From Bythopirellula sp. (GTDB taxonomy: Bacteria > Planctomycetota > Planctomycetia > Pirellulales > Lacipirellulaceae): a stretch of DNA of 64,000 bases. Positions 20,287 through 28,764 of this stretch are shown here, in pieces. The position numbers were made by a program, and so were the translations under genes. Where the stretch lies: the NCBI GenBank assembly GCA_965216565.1, contig OZ244170.1, forward strand, positions 4,000,001 through 4,064,000, given 5' to 3'. The notes below the pieces were generated by a model that saw nothing but the letters and a program-made list of their open reading frames with translations, did not search any database and was not told the DNA's origin. The first letter of the stretch is position 1, and each line of letters begins with the position of its first letter.

Positions 20287-21350
20287 GCATTCTTAGACTC
20301 CTTTAGGGAGAACTCCAATACAGTTTTCCCAAGGACAATCTGATCTCCATCTTCCAGAATCCGGTTGGTTACGGGAATACCATTCACGTAGGTTCCCTCA
20401 GGCGAATCGCAATCTTCGATCACAAACCGGCCTCCTCGATTGACGATCTGCGCGTGCCGAGGTTCGATGGCGTCGTCTTTGAATAGATAGATATCAGCCT
20501 TGGGCGAACTTCCCAAGAAGGTGGTGTCCTTGAAAAGGATAAACTGCTTGCCGGCCAACGGGCCCTTACGCATCATTAGCCAAGCGGTCTTTGTCCAGCC
20601 CTCGACAAGTCCGACAAACAATCCGACCGACGCACCAATCACGGCAAACCCAACGCCACGGCTATACGTGGCCTGTCCGTCTTCGGTAAGCAGCACCAGG
20701 CTAATGGGATCGAAAAGCAGACCCCCCAGCAATCCACCCAGTACCGCGCCGACTAGGCCATTGATGATTACTTTTTTCTCGCGCAACGCAATGCCTTGGC
20801 CAATCCCGGCAGGAATCGAGACTATAGCCCACGCCGCTCCACGGCCCATCATCAATACCAATAGAGCGAGCCCTGTGGGCATGACATTGGGATCGGGATC
20901 TTCCCATAGACTTTCTGCCAAAACGCTCATGATTCCAAATACAAATCCTGTGGGGATCAGAGCCATGACTCCACCAAGGAACCCAACGCCGAGTCCCACG
21001 AAGCCACAACGAATTGCCCGCAGAGGATTTCGGCAGATGATCCCTTCGGCAGAGCCCAAGAGCAGGCCAATGAAACCAGCAACCGTGGGGAACAGTAGGA
21101 GCTTGGCGGCCAAGCCTTCATCTTCCAGATCGTTGTCGTCGACCCAGGGTTCCAAAATTCCCCACCCGATGAGACCACCCACCATGGCGGCGAGGGAGAG
21201 ATAGAACCAGTTTGCGTAAATCACCTTCACGATCCACGACTGATGTCCCATCTCGCCGAGGTCACGGCTGAGGTATTGCTGCATCTCGACGTATTGCTCA
21301 ACGTCGGGTGAATGCAGATCAGTGGACGTGATACGGATTGGATCCGACAC
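20283..21350 (-). CDS. Polytopic Gly-rich membrane protein with a C-terminal FHA-fold domain
   Basis: About six TM helices, then GPLAGKQF..LGSS..DI......IEPRHAQI.....F.IED.DS..GTYVNG......L.DGD.I.LGKT.L.F. Confidence 0.85.
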   Translation of the reverse strand: MSDPIRITSTDLHSPDVEQYVEMQQYLSRDLGEMGHQSWIVKVIYANWFYLSLAAMVGGLIGWGILEPWVDDNDLEDEGLAAKLLLFPTVAGFIGLLLGSAEGIICRNPLRAIRCGFVGLGVGFLGGVMALIPTGFVFGIMSVLAESLWEDPDPNVMPTGLALLVLMMGRGAAWAIVSIPAGIGQGIALREKKVIINGLVGAVLGGLLGGLLFDPISLVLLTEDGQATYSRGVGFAVIGASVGLFVGLVEGWTKTAWLMMRKGPLAGKQFILFKDTTFLGSSPKADIYLFKDDAIEPRHAQIVNRGGRFVIEDCDSPEGTYVNGIPVTNRILEDGDQIVLGKTVLEFSLKESKNA

Positions 21351-21355
21351 AAAGA

Positions 21356-22573
21356 CTACCTTTCGTCCGGTTCTGGCGAATCGGGAACTTCTAGTTCGGG
21401 TTTACGAGGCTCGAGACTTGGTGCCGCGGGAAGTTTATCTGCCAGGGGAATCGGGGTTGTTTGTTTTTTAAGATTCGATTCCGGAACTGTTCCTTTCTCG
21501 TCGCTTTGCGATTTCCTCTCTTTGTCCGCTTGCTCGAGTATCTTTAGCTGCTTGGCTTGGAGACGTCTGGAAAGCTCCGCCAGGGCCCGGCGTTCGCGGT
21601 CGTCGAAGCTGTATCTTGAGCTAACCTCGTCCAGCCGCTTCGATATTCCCAAGAGATTTCCGATCAGCAGTTTGCGATCGTTGGCGAGTTCTTTGAGTTG
21701 CTCCTCGGAGAGTTCGTTGGTCTCGGTCGGCATCGATTTCATCTGCTTGGTGGCAGAGGCCAGAAATTTCTGCACCTCGGCCAGTTCTTCGCGCAAGCCA
21801 AGTTTCGTCAGGCGGAAATCGGTGTAGTTGAACACCACACCGTCGACAATCGCTTGACGCTCCCAGGAAGACTTCATGCCGGCAAGCAGATAGCCCAAAA
21901 GGAACAACGCCAACAGGGCCAGCGGCGTCGCCGCATACGAAAAGAATCCAGGTTCCTCAGCGGGGCCGATTCCATTAGCACCCTGTGCGTTTGCCGAACC
22001 CTCCTTGGCAGCCTCGGCGGCGGGATTGCGGATGCTGGCTTCGACGGTGCGAATGGTATTGCCAATCCAATAGTGACTGATGGGAGTCGGCTTACCATTT
22101 TTCCAGGCAAAGACTCCCTCTAAATCTCTCACTGGATCGACAACATAGGCGACTTGGCCGGGACCCGAGAAAAAATGCTCGTGGATGAAGCAGTCGCGGT
22201 CGGAGAGGAAAATGCCGAAGTCGGGATGCGAATGGTACCAGCCGACAATCCGTTTGTCTTCGAATCGAGAATCCATCTCGCTATTGATCTGGCTCCACGA
22301 TTCGTGCGTGAAGGTGACCTCGGCAAATTTGCTAGTGGCGCTCTCGCAGCGAATGAAATCTTCGGCCACAGCATAGGGACCATCGTCGTCCTGGTACCAC
22401 AATCCGACCAGCACCCCGCAGATTTCAACGGAGGTGTCTTGCTTGGCATGCTTGGATATTCCTTGATGGACCTCAGGCGAAATGTGAAATCGAAAATCCG
22501 ACTTGCCACTGGCAGGAAACTGGCTTTGCTGGAGTTGTTCGTCGGCCAAGCCTCCGACATCAATATCACTCAT
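21356..22573 (-). CDS. JAB/MPN+ (JAMM) metallopeptidase with a TM anchor and coiled-coil C-terminus
   Basis: EICGVLVG ... VGWYHSHPDFGIFLSDRD (E-xn-HxH-x7-S-xx-D) and TM TPLALLALFLLGYLLAGM. The start ATG at 22573 overlaps the end of the E1 gene and has a GGGGAG RBS. Confidence 0.92.
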   Translation of the reverse strand: MSDIDVGGLADEQLQQSQFPASGKSDFRFHISPEVHQGISKHAKQDTSVEICGVLVGLWYQDDDGPYAVAEDFIRCESATSKFAEVTFTHESWSQINSEMDSRFEDKRIVGWYHSHPDFGIFLSDRDCFIHEHFFSGPGQVAYVVDPVRDLEGVFAWKNGKPTPISHYWIGNTIRTVEASIRNPAAEAAKEGSANAQGANGIGPAEEPGFFSYAATPLALLALFLLGYLLAGMKSSWERQAIVDGVVFNYTDFRLTKLGLREELAEVQKFLASATKQMKSMPTETNELSEEQLKELANDRKLLIGNLLGISKRLDEVSSRYSFDDRERRALAELSRRLQAKQLKILEQADKERKSQSDEKGTVPESNLKKQTTPIPLADKLPAAPSLEPRKPELEVPDSPEPDER

Positions 22574-23780
22574 GCCTTGCTCCCCCATTTGCTGTCGGAT
22601 CCTGCAACAACGGCCCCAGCAATTCTTGCCGGTCTCCTGCAAATTCGTAGTATCTCGCGTCCATGCCCGCACGTCCTGCTAGGATATCCCATGGTGGGAT
22701 TCCGAGTTCGCCGAGTGTTCGATCAAGCAGAGACGAGTCTTCGCCTAGCGTGTGATAAATATTGGGAGTGCGCGGTTCGTTGCATTTTTTGCAGCGGCCC
22801 TGGTCTTCAGAGACTTTACCTAGCGAGGTATAGATTTCCTCGGTCTCATCACAATTAGTACAGGTAAGTGTGGCCAGGAGGTCTTGATTGGTTTCAATCA
22901 CCGCTGCGGCTCCCAAGTCGGATCGGACGCGCTCCAAGAACTCGCCCACGGTTGTCTTTGCAATCTGCCAGTCTAGTTCTTCCACCGGTTCGTAGGGCTC
23001 ATGCGAGGGGCACTCCTCAAGTCTTGAATAGCTCACCAGATAACTTTGGTGATTGGTGCCATCGAGCACGAATCCTTGTCCGGCAATCGACGGTAGTTGA
23101 TGTAGCATTTTTACTGCTTCTTGCACCTGAATGCCAGCAATTATTGAGGAAGAAGTTGGCGTGGTGGGTACTTTCCCCTGTTGCATCTCTTCGCGAGTGA
23201 GCAGTGCGCAACTCCTACGGGCCTCAAGCATTTGCCAATCGATCTCGCTCATGGTGCATTCGTAACACGGCCCCGAGGCGGCGTCGAATACCCGCGCAAC
23301 CCCGTCGAGCCGTTCGATAGCTCCATCGATCCACGGTTTCCCAACCCTAGCTGCCGATAGATTGATGGCCACGCGAGCCTCGCGATTGTCGAGACCGCCG
23401 AGAATCACATCAGCCCAGCGATAAACTCCCAAACCCAAATCATAAACGATGTTGCCTTGGAACGACTGGGTGCGAAGCTCAGGATAGATGTCCCGTGCGC
23501 GTTCCGTAGCCACTTCCGCTTTGGCCCGGCCACAATCATCGCCGCGGTACAGAACAGAACGAGACAGATTCGAGTTTTCAATGGTATCCAAATCGGCAAC
23601 GAACATCTTGCCCACGCCGAGAAGGGCCAAGTTTTTGATGATTTCGTTTCCCAGTGCCCCCGCACCAATCACCAGAGCTTTCGAGGAAGTTAGAAGCTGT
23701 TGATCCCACCAACCAATCAGATCGAAGCGAGAGAAGCGTCCTTCCTCTAGCGCCGAACCAATCTTAATGGGATCCGTCAT
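22566..23780 (-). CDS. E1-like ubiquitin-activating enzyme (ThiF/UBA) with extra C-terminal Zn-binding domain
   Basis: IGAGALG, DLDTIENSNLSR, GLDNREAR, GPCYEC, candidate thioester Cys in RRSCA, CPSH, and CTNC..CKKC. Start placed at ATG 23780 (GGAG RBS). Confidence 0.92.
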   Translation of the reverse strand: MTDPIKIGSALEEGRFSRFDLIGWWDQQLLTSSKALVIGAGALGNEIIKNLALLGVGKMFVADLDTIENSNLSRSVLYRGDDCGRAKAEVATERARDIYPELRTQSFQGNIVYDLGLGVYRWADVILGGLDNREARVAINLSAARVGKPWIDGAIERLDGVARVFDAASGPCYECTMSEIDWQMLEARRSCALLTREEMQQGKVPTTPTSSSIIAGIQVQEAVKMLHQLPSIAGQGFVLDGTNHQSYLVSYSRLEECPSHEPYEPVEELDWQIAKTTVGEFLERVRSDLGAAAVIETNQDLLATLTCTNCDETEEIYTSLGKVSEDQGRCKKCNEPRTPNIYHTLGEDSSLLDRTLGELGIPPWDILAGRAGMDARYYEFAGDRQELLGPLLQDPTANGGARHE

Positions 23781-23796
23781 AAGAACTCCGTCCGAT

Positions 23797-24117
23797 TCAG
23801 TCGCACCCGACGCCAAGGATTGTGCATGGAGAATGGAACAGACGCCCCACCCCGGCGGTTATTTCCGGCTGGAGTCTAAGGATATCACCCTCTTCGACGT
23901 GGGCGGATTCCAGCGTGTCTGTATCCAAGAGCTGCCGGCCAGATTTTTTGTGATGAAACTTGTAGCTCATTGCCTGACCATCCGGGCTGTGTCGAGGCAG
24001 ATTCATGCGATCGATCAAGACGGCAATCAGACGATTCACTTCGGCATCGGGAGGAACTTCTACCAATTGACGTTTGTTGCCGGTTGCGTCCCAGACTTCG
24101 ATTTTGATATCACTCAT
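23797..24117 (-). CDS. Ubiquitin-like beta-grasp protein (YukD/EsaB-like) with a C-terminal extension
   Basis: IKIEVWDATG...VEVP...GRQL...TL....V.EGDILRLQPEITAG followed by VGRLFHSPCTILGVGCD*. First gene of the E1/JAB/E2 operon. Confidence 0.85.
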   Translation of the reverse strand: MSDIKIEVWDATGNKRQLVEVPPDAEVNRLIAVLIDRMNLPRHSPDGQAMSYKFHHKKSGRQLLDTDTLESAHVEEGDILRLQPEITAGVGRLFHSPCTILGVGCD

Positions 24118-24764
24118 ACGCTGCATTCTCGAACGTCTATTGAATTTCTTACTTGGTCCTTGAATCGCCACGAGGCCACTACTTCAACCATTGCAGAGAA
24201 TTAGGCGAAGCATAAGCAATTGCGGTTATGTAGATTTTAACCACATGTTTTGTGTGTACTACAGCAGATTTGCACTACTTTCTTGGGTGATCGTCCGCTG
24301 GGAGGATGCAACAAGGCATTCGCAAGAAGTTCTTCCAGTGATAGAGTTTAGCTGTGCTTGTTGGCGAAGCCACGATCACCATGCCCGTGCCAGAAGTCTA
24401 CTGTGCCACGTTCCTTTAGCATTGCCTTGAAAAGTAATAATCCAAATTGAGTTCGAAAGAGGACCAGTCAGCGATTTGGATGAAAACGAACCGTCGCGAT
24501 GCCAATAGCCGGCCCACCACTGTCTACCCGCCGTGGTGGGCGGTCCGAGGGACAGCGAAGGCAGGTATGCTTCCGACAGTAAATTGAACTCTAAGTCACG
24601 ATTATGTCGCCCTTGTCTCTTTCATTGGCAAGGTGCTAGCTAGCTCGATTACGCTCTTCACCTAGGCCGAAGTTGTCTTAACGGCTCAGGGCGATTCTGC
24701 TAGTATCCGCCCCGCTCTTTAGAGAGCCAATCAATCTCAAGTATGTTGCTATTCCAGTGAGACT

Positions 24765-25592
24765 ATGATGTCGAATCCATTGACGGTCCTCATTCCTTGT
24801 AAGGATGAACGCCTCAACATTGTGCCCTGCATTGAATCCATTCAATCGTTTGCCGACGAGATTCTGATAGCGGATTCAGGCTCAACCGATGGCACTTTAG
24901 AATTGGTTCACAAGCGTGGTGACTGCCGTGTGATCGAACGCGAGTACATCAACTCGGCCGACTTCAAGAATTGGGCGATTCCGCAGGCGAGTCATCCCTG
25001 GGTTCTTATTCTGGACGCTGATGAACGGATCACAGAGGAACTAGCGGCAGAGATTCGGCAGACACTTGCGAACCCTGCCGTTGAGATCGATGGCTATTGG
25101 ATTGGAAGACAAAATCACTTCGTGGGTCACCGCATCAATCATTGTGGTTGGAATCGAGACGGGGTGATACGGCTTTTTCGGCGCGACGACGTGCGTTATC
25201 AAGAGCGCTGGGTACATGCCAAGATGGAAATTGAGCCGGAAAGGGTAGCTCGCCTCAAGGAAACGATGTTGCATTACACAACGTGGTCGACCGACGACTA
25301 TTGCGAAAAGTTGAATCGCTATGCGAACTGGACGGTCAACAACTACGTGGCCAAGGGACGTCAGCCGAGTGTGCTATCGATGTTTCTGGCGGCACCGCTA
25401 CGATTCTTACAGCTTTACTTGTTGCGAGGCGGGATTCTCGATGGCGCCCCCGGTTTTCAGGTATGCATGTATTCGGCGTTCTACTCGTTTATGAAACAGG
25501 CCAAGCTATGGGAAGTGAGCCACGCCCGATTAGAGCCAGGTGCCGAACCGAGGCTGGCAGTTCACGCGAAAGACACAGCCGACGCCGCGTAG
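24765..25592 (+). CDS. Glycosyltransferase family 2 (WaaE/KdtX-like beta-1,4-glucosyltransferase type)
   Basis: DEILIADSGSTDGT, WVLILDADE (intact DxD), RLFRR...VH, KLNRY and LLRGGILDG.PG. Confidence 0.88.
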   Translation: MMSNPLTVLIPCKDERLNIVPCIESIQSFADEILIADSGSTDGTLELVHKRGDCRVIEREYINSADFKNWAIPQASHPWVLILDADERITEELAAEIRQTLANPAVEIDGYWIGRQNHFVGHRINHCGWNRDGVIRLFRRDDVRYQERWVHAKMEIEPERVARLKETMLHYTTWSTDDYCEKLNRYANWTVNNYVAKGRQPSVLSMFLAAPLRFLQLYLLRGGILDGAPGFQVCMYSAFYSFMKQAKLWEVSHARLEPGAEPRLAVHAKDTADAA

Positions 25593-25632
25593 AAATGAAG
25601 CGAATTGCTTAGGCCTGCGTTTTCAAGCATGC

Positions 25633-27231
25633 TCAGGCCGCTTGTTGCGACTCTTCGGGAACCGGCACTTCATCGCCCGCCGATCGCTCTAGATAGATGA
25701 GCGTATTCTCGTGGGTGTAAGTCTCCAGCGCAGCCAGCAGGCACGTATGCAGTCCCGCCCATCCATCACGCCAACCAGATCGCAATAGATACGTCTTGAA
25801 GAATGTAGCCACCGTCCTACTCAGCATTCTCGACGGAGTGGACTGCTGCCCTTGTAAGAAGACTCGTCCAGCATTCGTAGTCGCAAGTGCGACACGCTCC
25901 TCAATTCTCTTTGCCGGATTGTCCGACGTTTGCACGGCTAAACGAGAGCGAAGTGCCCCAGTACATTCGCTCGGGATTTTCAGTTCAGGCAAACCATCTA
26001 TTAGGCAATAGCTTCCGACTTCGTGCCGAAAAAGTCGCAAGGAGTCGGACCGTTGAAACCCACCGTAGCGAAGGTGCGTGCCCTGCACGCAAGGTGTCGT
26101 GCCGACTATGTACCCATCCTTGGTGGGATTAAAGATTAAGGTGTGCTGCACCTGCCGACCCAGCTCGGGGTTGAGGTGTTCGTTACCCCTTACCTGCAAG
26201 ATCCATGGATGCTGTGCCTGCTGACGCGCGAACTCGAGCGCCTCGCACTGATTACAAGTTGGGCTCTGAATGATACGGCCTATGCCCTGGCTGCGGACGA
26301 TATCGAGCGTACCGTCGGACGATCCCATATCGACAACTAAGATTTCGTCGGCAAAGTCGCGCACCGATTCCAAACAGCTGGCGATTGTCGATTCGTTATT
26401 AAAACTAGAAATCAGTACTGAGAAGAGTTGTGAGCCGCTGTTTTCTCGTGGGCGAGCCTCGCCTAAAAATTGCCTGGCCTCGTCGGACTGTTCGATTAGT
26501 TTGGCTGCGAAGGGTTTCTTGAGAATGGCTTGCCGTACGATTTCTGCAGCCCCGGGATTGGATCGCCAGTTGCGTGGATGGAGCAAATCGCGGACGTCCC
26601 TGCCCTGCCGTTTCCGGAAGCGATGACAATGTTTTCGATATCGTGCGATGCTTTCCAAATCGATCAGCCAAACCTTGTCTTGCGGATCGACCAGTAGGTT
26701 CTCCGCCTTCAAATCCTTGTGAGCAACTTTCAGCTCGTCGAGTCGCTGGAGAATGTCTGCAATTTGCTCCCCGATCGTTTGCATTCTCGCAGCGCTGGGA
26801 TTTTCGTGACGCAGGAGTCGATAGAGTGTGGTGGACTCCACATGATCGGTAAGAAAGTACGACCGTGTTTTCAACGGTCCCACGGTGGTTTCGATACAGG
26901 CCCGAGGTCGCGGCGTAGGCACTCCGAGATTGTATAGATACGTGCTATTTTGCATCGATCTGCGGGCAGTTGTTTTAGACAAAGCATTCTTGGCACGCGT
27001 GCCGAGATCATTGAGATCTTGGCATTTGTAGACGTACTCTCCCGCGCGATCCCGTATCTGGACGACCTTGCAGCTCAATTTCACATGCAAGGGCTCGCCC
27101 TCGGCCAATTGAGCGTAAGGGTCCTGCCACAGTTTTTCGGCCAATTCCTCTGGTAGTTGGCTGTCCCAGAGCATTGCGCGTTGGAGGGAGCGGCGCTTTA
27201 GGACCTGCAGCTTTTGAAACTGATCTGTCAT
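25633..27231 (-). CDS. Kdo/WaaP-like (LPS kinase family) kinase fused to a GT2-like domain lacking DxD
   Basis: GVPTPRP, AHKDLKAENLLV and WLIDLE in the kinase half. DEILVVDMGSSDGT in the GT half, but WILQVRGNE in place of WVLxLDADE. Confidence 0.8.
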   Translation of the reverse strand: MTDQFQKLQVLKRRSLQRAMLWDSQLPEELAEKLWQDPYAQLAEGEPLHVKLSCKVVQIRDRAGEYVYKCQDLNDLGTRAKNALSKTTARRSMQNSTYLYNLGVPTPRPRACIETTVGPLKTRSYFLTDHVESTTLYRLLRHENPSAARMQTIGEQIADILQRLDELKVAHKDLKAENLLVDPQDKVWLIDLESIARYRKHCHRFRKRQGRDVRDLLHPRNWRSNPGAAEIVRQAILKKPFAAKLIEQSDEARQFLGEARPRENSGSQLFSVLISSFNNESTIASCLESVRDFADEILVVDMGSSDGTLDIVRSQGIGRIIQSPTCNQCEALEFARQQAQHPWILQVRGNEHLNPELGRQVQHTLIFNPTKDGYIVGTTPCVQGTHLRYGGFQRSDSLRLFRHEVGSYCLIDGLPELKIPSECTGALRSRLAVQTSDNPAKRIEERVALATTNAGRVFLQGQQSTPSRMLSRTVATFFKTYLLRSGWRDGWAGLHTCLLAALETYTHENTLIYLERSAGDEVPVPEESQQAA

Positions 27232-27475
27232 GCGGCTTTGCTTCAAGCAGTTGCGTGTGCTCACTTGCGAATGCCAGTGCTAGCACGTGAGAGTACGCGA
27301 TTATTTCTTAATATTGCGACCTGTTTGGCCGACGATGTTAACTCTTGCGGCCTGGGCAGCCGATACCAATTCTATCGGTTGGAGGGCCTACTGCCGCCTA
27401 TGCAAAAAGTGCGGCAGGAGACGTTTTGTTGTCAGTAGCGTTCATGTGTCATCCAATAGAAGAGCGACTGCGAGT

Positions 27476-28693
27476 ATGAAATCCATCGAGCAACCGCTAG
27501 CACCGACTCGCTGGTTCCGCGTGGGCAAATATCTATTGCCGGTCGGTGTGAATCACACCAGTTGGCGACGCACAAAGTCTCCCAGCAAACAAGTATCGGC
27601 TGCAGAGCTAGCTGCCGAGCATCCCGAGCAGGTGACTCTCGAAACCCTTGGCTCGGAGGAATTGCTCCCAGAGTTTCCCTATGCATGCATTCAGTCGGGA
27701 GCAGTAACCGAAAAAGCCCTGCCAATTAAGAAATGCCCCGCCGCGTTCGTCGCACGAATACAGAACGGACAATCTTTCGGCCGTCATTGCTGCGCAATCG
27801 GCCCAGCAGGGAAAGCTGTTCGAGAGACCGGGTTCAATCTTGAAGGCAACGTTCGCAACCAGGGCTCGTCAATGAGCTCGTTCCGACCTCGCTATTGGCG
27901 TCGTCGGCTTGAGGGTGACGTCACTTTTCGGCCTTGGCTTCCTCCCAAGCACTATCTTCGCGGGCGGGTTGCGATTCTCAATACACGGACGAGCCACAAC
28001 TATTTTCATTGGCTCATCGATATTCTGCCCCGCTTAATGCCGCTCGAAAAGTTAGGCCTACGAGCAGATTTCTATCTCGTTGAGTGTCTCAGTGAGTTCC
28101 AAAAGCAGGTGTTGGAATTTCTCGGCATCGACCGCAGTCGATTGATCCAGCCACATTGCCGCATGTTGATCGAAGCCGATGAACTGTTGGTTCCATCGAT
28201 GCCGACTCCAACGTGTTTACGAGACTTCGGTAAATTTGTCACTGACAAACTTGGCACTCAGTCTCAGTCCAGTTCTGGAAAAAAGATCTATATCACGCGT
28301 CGCGCGACAGGTAGCCGTGCGATTGCCAACGAAGCTGAACTGATCCGCGTGCTCGCTGCTCGAGGATTCGAGACCCATGCGATGGAAGACTACACACTCC
28401 CCCAGCAGGCGTCACTCTTTCGTCAAGCGGATGTAATCCTGGCGACTCACGGAGCTGCTCTCGCCAATTTGATCTTTGCCCATCGTGGGGCCCGCGTCAT
28501 CGAAATCGTACCCGAAAACCGATACAACGCGACATGCTATCCCAGAAAGAGCCGCATCCTTGGCCTGCACCATCAACACGTGTTAGTTGAAAGTAGCAAG
28601 CACAAACAAGTACTCAATGTTTCGTTAGCAGACATCGAGGCTGCTCTTGTATGTGCTGATGAGGCTACAAGCCACCAGAAACAAGTAGCTTAA
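27476..28693 (+). CDS. Glycosyltransferase family 61 (DUF563)
   Basis: NYFHWLIDILPRL, KIYITR....R.I.NE, Q..LF..AD.I...HGAALANL.F and VIEI. Start placed at ATG 27476. Confidence 0.88.
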   Translation: MKSIEQPLAPTRWFRVGKYLLPVGVNHTSWRRTKSPSKQVSAAELAAEHPEQVTLETLGSEELLPEFPYACIQSGAVTEKALPIKKCPAAFVARIQNGQSFGRHCCAIGPAGKAVRETGFNLEGNVRNQGSSMSSFRPRYWRRRLEGDVTFRPWLPPKHYLRGRVAILNTRTSHNYFHWLIDILPRLMPLEKLGLRADFYLVECLSEFQKQVLEFLGIDRSRLIQPHCRMLIEADELLVPSMPTPTCLRDFGKFVTDKLGTQSQSSSGKKIYITRRATGSRAIANEAELIRVLAARGFETHAMEDYTLPQQASLFRQADVILATHGAALANLIFAHRGARVIEIVPENRYNATCYPRKSRILGLHHQHVLVESSKHKQVLNVSLADIEAALVCADEATSHQKQVA

Positions 28694-28764
28694 GAAGGCA
28701 CCTCGACGAAATAGTCGTGAACCATACATCGCTCAGAAATTACAAAAACTGGAGTCGTCCTGAT

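Noticed and set aside
20500..21204. 234-aa plus-strand ORF and similar long antisense ORFs (e.g. 22154..22858, 58645..59352, 30853..31497)
   Set aside because: Shadow or alternate frames over well-supported genes, with no recognisable motifs.
22566..24117. ThiS/ThiF or MoaD/MoeB cofactor-biosynthesis pair
   Set aside because: No thiamine, molybdopterin or cysteine-synthase genes are nearby, while E2 and RING-like genes are in the same operon.
23797..24117. Type VII secretion locus suggested by the YukD-like Ubl plus FHA
   Set aside because: No FtsK/EssC ATPase or WXG100 protein is present in the window.
11604..24117. Ub operon as a prophage or mobile defence island
   Set aside because: No integrase, att-like flanks or other defence genes were seen. 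A defence role remains possible but the context does not support it.
24172..24764. Small ORF 24191..24430 and hairpin 24512..24541 as a gene or ncRNA
   Set aside because: The ORF has a TTG start and no motif. A single 9-bp stem in a divergent intergenic region is too little to call a feature.
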